Assembly (NCBI GenBank): GCA_951406725.2
Contig: OX597831.1
Coordinates: forward strand, 74,214,001-74,278,000
DNA length: 64,000 nt
Direction of reading: 5' to 3'
Origin: Octopus vulgaris
Lineage: Eukaryota
Part shown: one piece after another, positions 40,484 through 54,810 of the stretch
Layout: each line of letters opens with the position of its first letter
Numbering within the stretch: position 1 is the stretch's first letter
Made by a program: the position numbers and the translations under genes
The notes under the pieces: model-generated
Databases searched by the model: none
The model's input: the letters and a program-made list of their open reading frames with translations, nothing else
What the model was told of the DNA's origin: nothing

Positions 40484-42293
40484 ATATATTAGCAGTGTGG
40501 CTTGACCTGCTTGAAACAGCTGCTAAATCACCCTCACATCATATACTTTTTTTTAGAAAAGAGTAAGTTGAACCTGGATTACCTACAAACAGGATAAAGT
40601 TGGAATGGTCACGACTGGAATACCTTTGATTATAAGTCCAAACGATACCACAACAACAATCAGTTTCACATCTGTCAGACATGAGTTACATTCACACAAT
40701 TTTGTTACTTGTTGCTGCTATTTAACCTTAGGCCGACCCTGAAACTGGTCAATCTATATTCAAAGATGTTTCTAACTGAAACTAGCGCATAATTTCGTTC
40801 TTGAAATACAGTGTACCGAGGATTATATTATCCAAATGTGCTGTTCTATCCCTAATTAAATAAAGTTTAACGATTGGCAAGTCGTGAATTTATCGTAAAT
40901 TTTTGTGGCTTAGTCAAGGCGAAGGGACAGTGCCCCTCACCTTCACAACGTCTTTCCTGATTAGTGAGATTAATACAGCTTAGGTTCAGCTTGAATAGTT
41001 GTAAGCTGACTTCTTCAGGAGAAAACTTGGGCAAAGAGAGGATTCTATAGAGATGACGGCACACTAAGAAAAATGCAAAATGGGTGAGTTTAAGGTTAGC
41101 GTGATGGATGACAGATTGGTGTGTTGTTTGGAGTATTACGTTCACTAATTGGCATGTAATCAGCTTATTAGGTAATTAGTTATACCACTAATCAGTATGT
41201 AACCAGTTTATTTGTAAATAATAAGCTTCACTAATTAATGTTACTGATTAATTTATTTAATTAGTGCGTTCATTAAATAGTATGCCTTCAGCTTATTGGT
41301 TCATTAGAAATTCTACTAGTTAGTATCGTATCGGTTTATTACCAAATTAGTTTCCTAATTTGTATCTCCGAGTTAATTAGAAGTTAACTTATGCTGTTGG
41401 GTTGTTAATATGTCATAGTAAGATTAACGTAGGTTAAAAATGTTGACTTTCTTTTGAATCCAAATATTGGAAACCATATTGAAGCTGGCTTGGGTTAAAA
41501 AGAGAGAGAGGGGGGAGGTAGGGTGTGTGTATGCATGGTTCTATTTAGTATGGATCTTTGGGAACTCTCTACGTTCTGAAGTCTTGATAAGTCGATGTTA
41601 CTAAATCAATATTGTACAATCACCACATCAAAAGACTCTGTCGCTGATAATTATCGATGAGATGACGTTTTAAAACAAATATATATGTCCTCTTCCACCT
41701 CCTCCTCTTCCTCCCCTTTCTCATCATCATCATCATCATCATCATCAACATCATCATCATCGTTGTCATTTCTGCAGCAATAATAGTAGTAGTGTTGGTG
41801 GTAGTGCAGGTGGTGGTTGTGATGATGATTATGGTGATAGTGGTAGTAGTAGTGGTGATGGTGTAGTGCTGATGGTGGTTGTATAGGTGGTGGTGATAGT
41901 GGTGTTGGCGGCTATAGTCTGGTGGTGGTGGTGGTTGTCCACCTTGTGTTCCACACAACTTTCAACCGTTCAGAATCCAGTGAAAACCTTCACGTTTAGG
42001 TTACAGTCAAATTTATTTGGTTCCTTTCCTTTCATTTCACCAGTTCCATGAAAGGATTTCGATATCTTCTTCTGAACCGGATAAAATTCATGCCCGGTTA
42101 AATGTGGCGTAAAGAAATTCCTTGAAGTAGTAAGCAGCATCCTTTGTCGTTCGGAGTTCGAACTCGCCTCGGTTGATTTGTGTTTTTTATTTCTTGGGTT
42201 ACGTACAAAAAGAAACAGCCAAACACCGAGGTCCAGTTATCTGACTCACCTACCAACCCCAAACTTTTATCCCTCTTCCTCTGTTAGTACAAC

Positions 42294-42336
<43 letters not shown>

Positions 42337-42955
42337 GAGTGAGCGAGCAGTGCATGTCATCAAAGTGACACTGGGGTAAAAGATACGAAGCCCAATATAC
42401 CCATCATGACTACCCGTCTGATAAGGGTACACCAGGCACATGCATCACAACCATATGTGCGCGACATGGTGATCTCATATCAAGATAAACAGCACATGAC
42501 CTTGCAGGTGGGGCCCAGTTAGAATTTTCTTCAGGTCGAGTAGCCCATCCCGCTCAAAAGGTCCCTGAATAAGGGTTGTTTAAGGATGTTGAAAGAACCA
42601 CCCATGTTTCCAGAGGTGAATTATTCAAACCCCAAAGAATCCCTCTCAACACATGGCAATGATGATCCCCCACTACTTCTGCTCGTGATCAGAGATGCAC
42701 ATATCGTCAGCCACCAAGGGACATGCTCAACTGGTTAAGGTCAAACAACTGACAAGCAAATCTGTGGTATTGAGCAGAATATTTGCTGTAGCCCATCTTT
42801 TATACCAAGACAAAACAATGTACATGATAACACTTCCAATCAGTTAAGATCAGAAGCCATGAGAGCCAATGCCTGGTACTGCATCAGGGCATCTTACTGC
42901 ATCAGGGCATCTTACTGCATCAGGGCATTTACTGCATCAGGGCATTTATTGCATC
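42337..42955 (-). mobile_element. Non-coding insertion bounded by (TAA)n on both sides
   Basis: Sharp boundaries with (TTA)n; ~4 tandem 18-mers actgcatcagggcatctt at one end. Confidence 0.55.
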
Positions 42956-42980
42956 TTATTATTATTATTATTATTATTAT

Positions 42981-43159
42981 TCAGTAGCTTTATTCTTATA
43001 GCGTGCTTTCACTTCACTACCGAGCGCAGCTCTGTGTGTCTTGGTTACTGTATGGAAAGTGTTCTGATGGTTACTGTATGGAAAGTGTTCTGCGTAGGAT
43101 GTGTGCAGTGCCTAGTAGTGCAATTTTCTGTATGTTATATGTGTTTGTAAGTCCTGGTG

Positions 43160-43165
<6 letters not shown>
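42981..43165 (-). mobile_element. Dong/R4-clade non-LTR retrotransposon 3' end within (TAA)n
   Basis: PGLTNTYNIQKIALLGTAHILRRTLSIQ* is the R4/Dong C-terminal motif; short 3' UTR; (TAA)n on both flanks. Confidence 0.85.
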
Positions 43166-43243
<78 letters not shown>

Positions 43244-43251
43244 CGTTACTA

Positions 43252-43870
43252 AGGCAGCGAGCTGGCAGAATCATTAGCACGCCGGGCGAAATGCTCTGCG
43301 GCATATCGCTCGTCCTTATGTTCTGAGTTCAAATTCCTCCGAGGTCGACTTTGCCTTTCATCCTTTCAAGGTCGATGAGGTAAGTACCAGTTGAGCACTA
43401 TAGTTGCGTCTTTTTATCATTATCGTTACTCAGGCGGCAAGCTGGCAGAACCATTAGCACACCGGGCGAAATGCTTAGCGGTGGTATTTCCGCTGCCGCT
43501 ACGTTCTTGAGTTCAAGATCAATTTTGCCGTTCATCCTTTCGGGGCCGATCAAATAAGTACCAGTGGAACACCGGGGTCGATCTAATCGACTGTCCCCCT
43601 CCCCCAAATTTCAGTCCTTGTGCCTTCAGCAGAAAGAATTGTTATCGTTACTAACGTGGCGAGTAGCAGAATGGTTAGTACACCGGACAAAATGTTTGGC
43701 GACATTTCATCCGTCTTTACGTTCAGAGATCAAATTCCGCCGAGTTCCACTTTGCTTTGCATCGCTTTCAGGGTCGACAAAATAAGTACCAGTTGAACAA
43801 TGGGCTAGATACAATCAACTTATTCCCTCTTCCGAAATTGCTGGCCTTCTGCCTATAGCAGGGACGATTA
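43252..43870 (+). mobile_element. Three consecutive diverged SINE family B copies
   Basis: Heads at ~43252, ~43432 and ~43656, each preceded by ttatcgttact. Confidence 0.85.
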
Positions 43871-44075
43871 TCGGTCATATGACCGTTAACTTTGGGAGTA
43901 TACATTCGGGACTGCGAGTAATACAAGGACATAAGGCTTACATACAAGAATTAGAGATTTTGAATATTATTGAATTTCTTGGTGATTCTACAAAATGATG
44001 ATCTGTACGAATTTTGAAAAGAAAAATATTTATTACCTTAAAATAAAATAAAATTTAAACAAATTTCTCATTCAT

Positions 44076-44264
44076 TCTATATTTAAGAAATGCGGAATTA
44101 TGTACATTATTTACATTATTTACATTTGACGGATATTTGTCCTCATCTTGTTTGTTGTTAACACAATGTTTCGGTTGATATACCCTCCACGAATATATGG
44201 CGTAGTGGTTAAGAGCGCGGGCTACTAACCCCAAGATTCCGAGTTCGATTCGAGGCAGTAACCG

Positions 44265-44297
<33 letters not shown>

Positions 44298-44462
44298 TAA
44301 TAATAATAATAATAATAATAACAAGATCGAAAAATAGCTTAGGAATGAGGACACAGGTTCGAAATTTCCCCAAGACACCTGATGAAGGTGGAGGGTATAT
44401 CAGCCGAAATGTTGTGTTAACAACAAACAAGATGACAAATATCCGTCAAATGTAAATAATGT
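44076..44462 (+). mobile_element. tRNA-headed SINE with hammerhead-bearing PLE-type tail and 5' inverted duplication
   Basis: Inverted tail 44076-44190; tRNA head 44191-44265 (A box tggcgtagtgg, B box gagttcgattc); (AAT)n; HHR 44374-44418; tail to ~44464. Confidence 0.8.
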
Positions 44463-44777
44463 AAAGTTCTCGTTCGTATAACTCCTACCATAACTACCTT
44501 GTCATTTATTCCTTCCTCCTCCTCCTCCCCCATCTCTATGATTCTTTCTCTCTCACTGCGTGTGCATAGTTTTCCTTTACTCATTTCCTGTCACCAAGCC
44601 TAGTATGTGTACCCGTCTTGCGCCTCTAATGATAACTATCTCTTATTCTCTCTCCTTCTTTTTAGAGAAAGTATCGAGCAAGCGACTACATCATACTCGC
44701 TTGTGAGTGACGGCTAAGTAAATAATATCGTAATAATATTCTGGGACATTCAACACTGCTGTATTTATTTTTATTAG

Positions 44778-45064
44778 TGGAGGCGCAATGGCCCAGTGGT
44801 TAGGGCAGCGGACTCGCGGTCATAGGATCGCGGTTTCGATTCCCAGACCGGGCGTTATGAGTGTTTATTGAGGGAAAACACCTAAAGCTCCACGAGGCTC
44901 CGGCAGGGATGGTGGTGATACCTGCTGTACTCTTTCACCACAACTTTCTCTCACTCTTACTTCCTGTTTCTGTTGTACCTGTATTTCAAAAGGGCCGGCC
45001 TTGTCACTCTCTGTGTCATGCTGAATATCCCCGAGAACTACGTTAAGGGTACACGTATCTGTGG
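44778..45064 (+). mobile_element. SINE family C
   Basis: Same head and body as the copy at 34205. Confidence 0.85.
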
Positions 45065-45137
45065 TGCGTGACAGCCTTGAAAACAAAGTTGCTGCAGCAT
45101 CGGAGAATGGTTTAAATTCATTTCTATTACTCATCGT

Positions 45138-45591
45138 AGAGACTTCAAACTTAAAATCTTCAAAGCCACAGTCGAACCAGTTCTACTATATGGCTCAGAA
45201 ACCTGGACGTTATCAAAGAAGCTTGAGAGGCGGTTGGATGGAACCTACACTCGCCTCCTTATGAGAGCTCAAAATCTCTCGTGGAAGCGCCATCCAACCA
45301 AAATACAAATATATCAGAAACTACCACCTGTGTCATCTCTTGTGAAAGGTAGGAGAGTCCAGTTTGCTGGACATTGTTGTAGAGCTGAAAACCAGGTAAT
45401 TTCTACTCTTCTCCTCTGGAAGCCATCTGCTCGCGATACCAGAGGGTGCACACTCTCCTACCCAGATATAATCTCCAGGGATACAGGCATCCAGCAGCAG
45501 GACCTCCGTAATGCTATGATGGACCGTGAAGTCTGGCGTAACACAGAAAATTCCATTGTCTCGACCACGGTCGAACAATGAATGAAAAATG
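45138..45591 (+). mobile_element. RTE-group LINE 3' end, 5'-truncated
   Basis: KLKIFKATVEPVLLYGSETWTL..RLDGTYTRLL..FAGHCCR..MMDREVWR; TSD actcatcgt at 45129-45137 and 45592-45600. Confidence 0.9.
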
Positions 45592-46105
45592 ACTCATCGT
45601 GTTCTCCATCTCGTTGTTTCTGGATAATTTTGTCGCAGAGTCCTCTTTTGCATGGCGATTTATTAAAAAGACAAACGGGTATCTACTTCTATATACCCGT
45701 TTAATATTGATTACGTGGGTCTCAGTTAAAAATCTGCCTAAAGATAAAATTTAGCGTGATGAATAAATTTACATAATCGTGCGACACACAATTTATCTTC
45801 CCGTGTGTCGCAGATATGTCGTTATTCATGTACCGAGGTATCGTTACCCATGTGCCGGTTGTAATCGATCATGTACCCGTATGCCTTTTTTGTACATGTA
45901 GGTTGCTACTCGTGTACCCGTAATGCTTATTGGATTCTCTTGAGGGAAATATCTTCCCCAGCTGTGAGCTGTTTACCTCACACGCTCCATCAGCCACGGC
46001 GATTCAAGTAATTGGAATACAATTCATACACACACACACACACACACACACATTAACCTATACATATACACACAAAATATATAGAGAGACATAAATATAG
46101 AGAGA

Positions 46106-46289
<184 letters not shown>

Positions 46290-46457
46290 AATATACATAA
46301 ATATTTATTTAAATATAATCATGCACATACACACACGTGTGTGTGTGTGTGTGTGTGTCGTTGAATAAATGGCAATTTATATTCAGTGAATATATTTCAA
46401 TATTTTGCACATATCCAGACAGGCACAAAGGATTTCTCACAAACCAACTCACAGAAA

Positions 46458-47296
46458 TATGCATGTATGCATGTGTGTGTGTATATATGCATGTATGTAT
46501 GTATGTATGCATATATGTATGTATGCATGTATGTATGTATACGTGTATGTATGTATGTATGTGTTTGTATGTATGTATGTGTGTGTGTGTATGTGTGTGT
46601 ATGTATGTATGTGTGTATGTATGTATGTATGTATGTATGCATTTGTATGTATCTATGTATGTGTGTGTATGTATGTATGCACTTGTATGTATGTATGTGT
46701 GCGTATATATGTATGTATGTGTGTATGTATGTATGCATTTGTATGTATGTATGCATTAGTATGTATGTGTGCGTATGTATGTATGTATGCATGTGTGTAT
46801 GTATGCATTTGTATGTATGTATGTATGTATGTATGTATGTATGTATGTATGTATGTATGTATGTGTGTATGTATGTATGCATTTGTATGTATGTATGTAT
46901 GTGTGTATGTATGTATATATGTATGTGTGTGTGTGTATGTATGTGTGCATGTATGTATGTATGTATGTATGTATATATGCGTGCATGTATGTATGTGTGT
47001 ATGTATGTGTGTATGCATTTGTATGTATGTATGTATGTGTGTATGTATGTATATATGTATGTGTGTGTGTGTATGTATGTGTGCATGTATGTATGTATGT
47101 ATGTATGTATATATGCGTGCATGTATGTATGTGTGTATGTATGTATGTGTGTATGTATTTGTATGTATGTATGTGTGTGTGTATGTATGTATGTATGTAT
47201 GTATGTATGTATGTGTGTATGTATGTATGTATGTATGTATGTATGTATGTATGTGTGTGTGTATGTGTGCATGTATGTGTGTATGCATTTGTATGC
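46458..47296. repeat. Degenerate (TATG)/(TG) field with higher-order units punctuated by atgcatttgtatg
   Basis: Directly visible. Confidence 0.9.
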
Positions 47297-47406
47297 CAAT
47301 GTCTTTCTGTGCGCTATGCATAAAATGAAATATATATTCGTGCGATATGTTTAAACATTAATAAACAAAACCCACAACCACCCGGCATATGCACACATGG
47401 ATACAA

Positions 47407-47461
<55 letters not shown>

Positions 47462-47561
47462 TGCGTGCGTGCGTGTGTGTATTTTACATAAGAACAGAAA
47501 TTATGAAAGTATGCTATATATATACGGATAACTACGAGCAAACCTGTATGCATGTGTTTGG

Positions 47562-47602
<41 letters not shown>

Positions 47603-47711
47603 ATATGTGTGTGCGCATGTGTATGTGTGTATGTGTGCATGTCTGTGCGAAATATATGAGTCATGGTATCTATATACCCATATCAACATAAACGTAAAGT
47701 AATCTGGATTT

Positions 47712-47761
<50 letters not shown>

Positions 47762-47806
47762 ATGTGTGTGTGTATATATATGTATATATATATGTATATA
47801 TATATT

Positions 47807-47864
<58 letters not shown>

Positions 47865-48432
47865 AATGTATATATATGTATGTATATATACGCATATATA
47901 TATACGCATATATATACACACACACACACACATCTAACTAAATGGCATACGTTACATAAATATTGAAACAGGCGAACCGAATATACCACGGTAAAGCGTT
48001 GATATTCGCGAGAGTGAAAAAATGTTTATCAATTCAAAATGGCGTTTGAGTGTATCATAAAACCGACATTAATACTATCGTAGATGGCTTTTTTTTCTGT
48101 TAGTTTGACGGCAGTTTCTTATGTGGATATCTGCAGGGTTTATTTATTCCTGTGAATAAACATACCATTATGGATATCAAATATATCTTTATAGAATATT
48201 ACGATATAATATGTTAGTTCTCAAATGAAATTCTGCCTTACTTTCAACAACTTCACAGCATATCTCATGTTTGTTGAAAAGAGATATCTCTCTCATAACT
48301 TATTCCATTAGAAAATATTATGCAATAAATTTTGTTTTTAAATATATTATGATATTATATATCGTAGGCTAAATACAACATTTGCCTATATTTGTGTATC
48401 TGTATCAAATATGTACCGTAATCATGTTTGCA

Positions 48433-48524
<92 letters not shown>

Positions 48525-49114
48525 TATACATATATATACACATATATACATATATATATATACATATATATATACATATATATATGCATATATATTTATA
48601 CATATATATACACGCACACACACACACATATATATATATATATACATACATATATATACATATGTATATATGCAAAATTGTTATATATATATGTGTGTGT
48701 GTGTGTAGACATAGATATACATATGCATATACATATATATATATGTATATTCATACGTATATATATATATATATATATATGTATACATACACAAACATAC
48801 ACATGCACACACATACACACACAGGCACATCCACACATATATGTACATATGTTTAGTGAACAAGGGTCCTGGGGAGCCCTGTCAAATACCAAGTCAACAC
48901 TCCATATAATATCTTGGTTGACAGAATTTATGCGTCAGGATATCAGAAAACATTATCCTCTTAATACAGATAACATTTAATACGAACAGTAAATCTTGGC
49001 GAAAATACCGATTCTATGAATGGTAAATATGGAAACAAACGAAGGAATGGAGTTGACGGAATAACATTTTAGAATCTGTTGACTGAGTTCCGTTGCTGGA
49101 ATTTGTTGGAATGG

Positions 49115-49870
49115 GCGTGACTGTGGGGTAAGCAATTTGCTTCCCAATCACACGGTTACACGTTCAGTCCCACTGTGTGGCACCATGGGCAAGTGTTCTG
49201 GGGCTGACCAAAGCCTTGTCGGTGGATTTGGTTTGGTAGAAACATAAAAAGAACTCGTCGTGTGGTGTGTCTGCATCTGTGTTTGACTTCATCACTGCTT
49301 GACAACTGGTGTTGGTGCCTTTACGTCCCCGTAACTGAGCGGTTCAGCAAAATAGACCGATAGAAGAAGTACCAGCCCGTAAAAGGATAAGTACTGTGGT
49401 CGATTCGTCCGATTTGAAAGTTCTTCAAGGCGGTGCTCCAGCATGGCTGCAATGAAATGACTGAAGCAAATAAAAGTTGGAATGGCTGTGTGGTAAGTAG
49501 CTTGCTAACCAGCCACATGGTTCCGGGTTCAGTCTCACTGCGTGGCATCTTGGGCAAGTGTCTTCTGCTATAGCCCCGGGCCGATCAATGCCTTGTGAGT
49601 GGATTTGGTAGACAGAAACTGAAAGAAGCCTGTCGTATTTATGTATATATATGTAAGTATGCGTGTGTGTGTGTGTGTCTGTGTTTGTCCCCCTAGCATT
49701 GCTTGACAACCGATGCTGGTGTGTTTACGTCCCCGTCACTTAGCGGTTCGGCAAAAGAGACCGATAGAATAAGTACTGGGCTTACAAAGAGTAAGTCCCG
49801 GGGTCGATTTGCTCGACTAAAGGCGGTGCTCCAGCATGGCCGCAGTCAAATGACTGAAACAAGTAAAAGA
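49115..49870 (+). mobile_element. Two tandem SINE family A copies (old ~49115-49475; young ~49479-49870)
   Basis: Two heads and two tails in the same orientation. Confidence 0.88.
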
Positions 49871-50506
49871 AAAAAAAATGAAGGCTACCCGTTAGACTTT
49901 AGAAAGTCTTGCCTTATTTCCACCGTTCTGCTTCGAGATTGTTTTTCCTAAATCCATATTAGTCTCCTTCTTTGCCTATATTTCCAACATTGGCATTGGT
50001 TTGGAGTGATTTTTTTAAAACAATATTTATTCCGGGTGGAAGAAAGTCTAGGTTTCGATCCACGAATGCCTGTTCGTCATGGAGATTTATAAAAATTCTT
50101 TTTGGCAGAATTTAAGCCGGTCACAAAATGGCGAGGCACTTTTTGATTTGGAATTCCTGAATCTGTGAATGAATTACTTTGTACGTATATGAAGGTGTAT
50201 ATATACTTGCAATTATGTAATCTATGTTCCTTTGATACACGAGTGTCTGTCTGTTTATCTATCTATCTGCATATCTATTTTTCTATATACCTACATGTAT
50301 TGCACTTCATGTATTGATATATAGCCAAACACGTATATCATGTATGTGTGCAATGCATATTTATGTGTGTACATGTATGTACGTATGAAGTATTTAACAC
50401 AGTATGCGTAAAATGAAGTGATAGGCTATAATGAGATACGATATATTATGCCGTATCATTATAGAGAATATTCCATCAATCAGTAAAGTATTTCAATAGC
50501 TATGTA

Positions 50507-50642
<136 letters not shown>

Positions 50643-51287
50643 CATGCATACATCTATACACACGCATATATAGATGTATATATATATATTCATGAATATG
50701 TACATATATACATATATATACCACACCCACACACCCACATACCCTGAGGTAGATGAACAGAAGCTGAAAGTCGAAGAGAAGCCTCAATCCTAAAATGGCC
50801 AAACGATGAATTTAATTATACGTTAAAAGATAAAAGAAGCTGATTTGGGAATCTTGTAATGTGCATGCTACATTCGATTAGTTTTCGGTCGTATCAAATA
50901 TTTTATTCTTTCCTTCTAGGCGTACGACTTAGAAATCGCTCTCTCACACTTACATTAAATAGGCAAAAATCTTAAAATCTCAACGGCTTAATCAGCCCAT
51001 ATAATCAAACGCAGGTGTGGGTGCGAGATGGAGCGGGTGTTGACGCACATACGTACATCTGCGTTTATACATAGGTATATACATACATATATGTGTGTGT
51101 GTGTGAGAGAGAGGGAGAGAGAGAGAGCGAGAGAGAGAGAGAGAGTGAGTGTATGTGTACACACACACACACACCCACACATATATATATGTACATATAC
51201 ACACGCATACACACACACACACACATATATGTATGTATCGTTGTTAAGAAGCGTATTGCTTCCTAAGTATGTATTACATGTGTGTTA

Positions 51288-51483
51288 GCGTTTCTTCGTT
51301 TTTAGATCTTTGTGCTTATATATGTGGTACCGCCTGAGGAGTGGGGCCCATGCAGCCATTTCATCTTTCTTTATTATATAATATTCCTACTCATTCGTTC
51401 TATGTTTATTGTCCCCACTGTGGTGTCGTGTCTGTCCTTGTAGTGTCCCCTCTGTGTTAGTGGCCTGAGTGTCAAATAAAGAA

Positions 51484-51484
<1 letters not shown>
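51288..51484 (+). mobile_element. Probable LINE 3' UTR related to SINE B tail 1
   Basis: gtctgtccttgtagtgtcccctctgtgttagtggcc..aataaagaa. Confidence 0.5.
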
Positions 51485-51540
<56 letters not shown>

Positions 51541-52280
51541 GAGAGACAGAGAGACATAGTGAAAGTGTGTGTGTGTGTGTGGAGAGAGAGAGATGAAAAT
51601 TCGTCCCGGAACCGACCACCGAGGATGCCAGACGCATTTCACCCACATCAGGTCTTTTCAAGTTTTGGGGCTTTAGGTGTTTCGATGGACAGCTTGAAAA
51701 GAACCACCACCATCTGGATATGGATCGTCTTTGGCTGCTCTGTTATAAGCATTTTGTGTAGGTCCCTGGCCTGAGGGTAGCTTCCCCCTCCCCGCCTCCA
51801 CTAGTCTCAGACACTGTGGTAAGGATCAAGAACGAGATCCTTTCTTCCTCTGACTAAACCATTAAAAGTGAAACCTCACGTGGCTACGCAGAGATCTGGT
51901 TTCTGTAAATCCGATCTCCAGATGCAGTGTGGTCGATATCAAAGCACGGTTATTGCAGGATTAATGGAGCAGGAAAGATTCTTCGACCCTCCCCTATGGA
52001 TCATTTGTTTGACAATTTCAGGAAATTCTAGCAACAGTTGCGATAGATTGCAGAGTAACAAATACCAAAACTCATTCATCAGGAGTACACAGCCACACCT
52101 TCAGTAACACCTAAAGAAAGAGATATCAATCGAGTGAGCTTTGGAAAACTCGAGAGAAGATGCAGACAGTGGTAAAGAGAAGAGATGAATAGTGGTAGAG
52201 GGGGTGGGGGTATAAACTCGACGCACAGCCATTTAGACAATGTCAATAAGACGATCGTACAAACTGCAAAACAATATTCT

Positions 52281-52508
52281 TATTTCTTTATTGCCCACAA
52301 GGGACTTAACGTAGAGGGGACAAACAAGGACAGACAAAGGGATTAAGTCGATTACATCGACCTCAGTGCGTAACTGGTACTTAATTTATCGACCCCGAAA
52401 GGATGAAAGGCAAAGTCGATCTCGGCGGAATTTGAACTCAGAATGCGACGGCAGACGAAACACCGCTAAGCATTTCGCCCGGCGCGCTACCGATTCTGCC
52501 AGCTCACC
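52281..52508 (-). mobile_element. SINE family B, tail 1
   Basis: 15-bp TSD gcaaaacaatattct. Confidence 0.9.
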
Positions 52509-53701
52509 GCAAAACAATATTCTAAACCAGCAAACTACAGGCTCATGTTGTCATTCGACCTGGTAGAAGCATCAGATTAATCTCCCCCACATCTATATTC
52601 TCCATCGTCTTAGAAAAGAAACATTAAACAAAATCCCTAAAAGAGTGAACTAGTCACAGACAAATCTTTTAGTTCCTCTTCAATTAATAACGAACATTAT
52701 ATAATAGACACCAATGAAGGGTTAGTCACGGCAGGAATGCCACTGGTTTTCAGGATAAGAGATGAACTGAGGCACTAGAGCGAGAGCTCAACCACTGCCC
52801 AAGGATCCTGTGCTTCGAATGTGGTCGATATTCCATCTCACAAGAATTTGGTTAGGCAAATTCCCTTTTTGCGTGTTAGCATTTTTCATGTATAAATGTT
52901 GCCATTCTGTTCCATATCCACATTCAAGATTCTTTCTTGTAACATTCTTTTGTCTTTATTGTTGATAGAAAAACCAAAGAAAAATTTGGTTTAGATTTTT
53001 GGAAATGGAGGCCGAAAAAAGAAATACTTATCTAAGGATGTAGAATGAAACTCTTGTGACAATTAGTAAAGTTAGAATTTTGAATTCAAAATTTGTTTCT
53101 TTGCTTTATTTTCGCAAATTCATTCCTTTTTTTTTCTTTTTCGATTTGTAATATCAAAACTTCAGAAACCAAGGAAAAATAGTGAAGAGTCCAAATAAAA
53201 TAAAATTTAAGATTAGAATTTCAAAGTTGAAGCTTCAAACCAATGAAATAGTATTTTGAGTCGTCAAATTATATTTTTATCGAGTGTCAGTTGGGAGTTC
53301 GAGCATAATTTTAAATATTTCTCTATCAGTTTAATCAATTATAAAATCCGAAAACCACTTGAAACCAATTCTAGCGCTGCTTGGGTTTCCATGAGGATGT
53401 GTGTGTGCGTGTGTGCACGTGTGTGTATGTTTGTGTATGTGAATGTGTTTGTGTGTGTGTTAGTGAATGTGTTTGTGTGTGTGTTAGTGAATGTTTATGT
53501 GGGTTGTGGTGTGTATGTTGCCCAATGTGCATTGTACGTGCCGTGTGTATGTGTATGCTTGTGTGTGTCTGTGTATGTGTGTCTGTGTGAGTGTGTGTCT
53601 GTGTATGTGTGTCTGTGTATGTGTGTGTATGTGTATGCTTGTGTGTGTATGTGTATGCTTGTGTGTGTGTGTATGTGTGTCTGTGTGTGTGTGTGTGTGT
53701 G

Positions 53702-53734
<33 letters not shown>

Positions 53735-53805
53735 TGTGTGTGTGTGTGTGTGCTTGTGTGTGTGTCTGTATGTGTGTGTGTGCTTGTGTGTGTGTGGGTG
53801 TGTGG

Positions 53806-53836
<31 letters not shown>

Positions 53837-54382
53837 CGTGGGTGTTAAATGTATACAATATAATATGCTGAGAATATTTTAGAAAACTAGAAGAAAATTA
53901 TAAACATGAAGAAAAAGTTAGTAATAAAAACCCAAAAACAAATATGAAAGATTAAAACAGAAAACGAAATAGGTAAACACCCCCACCCCAATCCCGCTTC
54001 TTGTCCCCTACACCTCCCTACTTCGGTTCCCTACTTTACCATCTTCAATGTATTCTATGTCTATGTATGTGTGTGCATGAGTATATATTCGTATGTTTGT
54101 ATGTATGTATGTATGTATGTATGTATGTATGTATGTATGTATGTATGTATGTATGTATGTATGTATGTATGTATGCATGTGTGTGTGCATGTATATATGC
54201 ATGCATGTGTGTGTGTATGTGTGTGTGTGTGTATAATAATAGAAAATTTAGACAAATACGTATAATTAGATTAGTGTGTTTAAATGTTGAGTAGAGCACC
54301 AGCGCAGTGTCAGGCTACCTGGTGTCATCCGCAGTTGTATTTTTTTTTCAGGAACTTCGCAGTGGCAGTCAGGGTAATAGTA

Positions 54383-54810
54383 TTAATTCATAATAATGTT
54401 CGTCCTTCGGATTCGAGGATGACCATTGACATGTCTGACACTCGCATCCCAAAACAGCTCTTCTACGGTGAACTCAGCCAGGGCAAACGCAAAGACGGAG
54501 GGCAGAAGAAGCGTTTCAAGGACAGTCTCAAAGTCTCTCTCAAAGACTTCTCCATCGGCACAGAGACTTGGGAGTCACTTGCTGCCGACCGCTCATCCTG
54601 ACGCATCGCAATCACCACAGGAGCAAAGACAGCCGAGGGGAGACGGATTCAGTCAGCAGAACAGAAACGCCAGATGCGGAAAGCCAGAGCCACCAGCACC
54701 AATAGCACAGCCCCTACCCACTTTTGCCCCACCTGCGGGAGGGGCTTTCTTGCTCGGATTGGCCTCACCAGCCACCTCCGGCCTCATAGCAGCAATTCCA
54801 CCAAATTAAT
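54383..54810. mobile_element. RTE LINE 3' end with C2H2 zinc finger; ORF segment (+) inverted relative to the putative 3' tail (-)
   Basis: MSDTRIPKQLFYGEL..GGQKKRFKDSLK..WESLAADR..CPTCGRGFLARIGLTSHLRPH; candidate TSD taatagta at 54375-54382 and 54811-54818. Confidence 0.88.

Noticed and set aside
52022-52900. Acceptor-like sites at 52021 and 52753 in unique sequence
   Set aside because: All frames hit stops before a credible donor.
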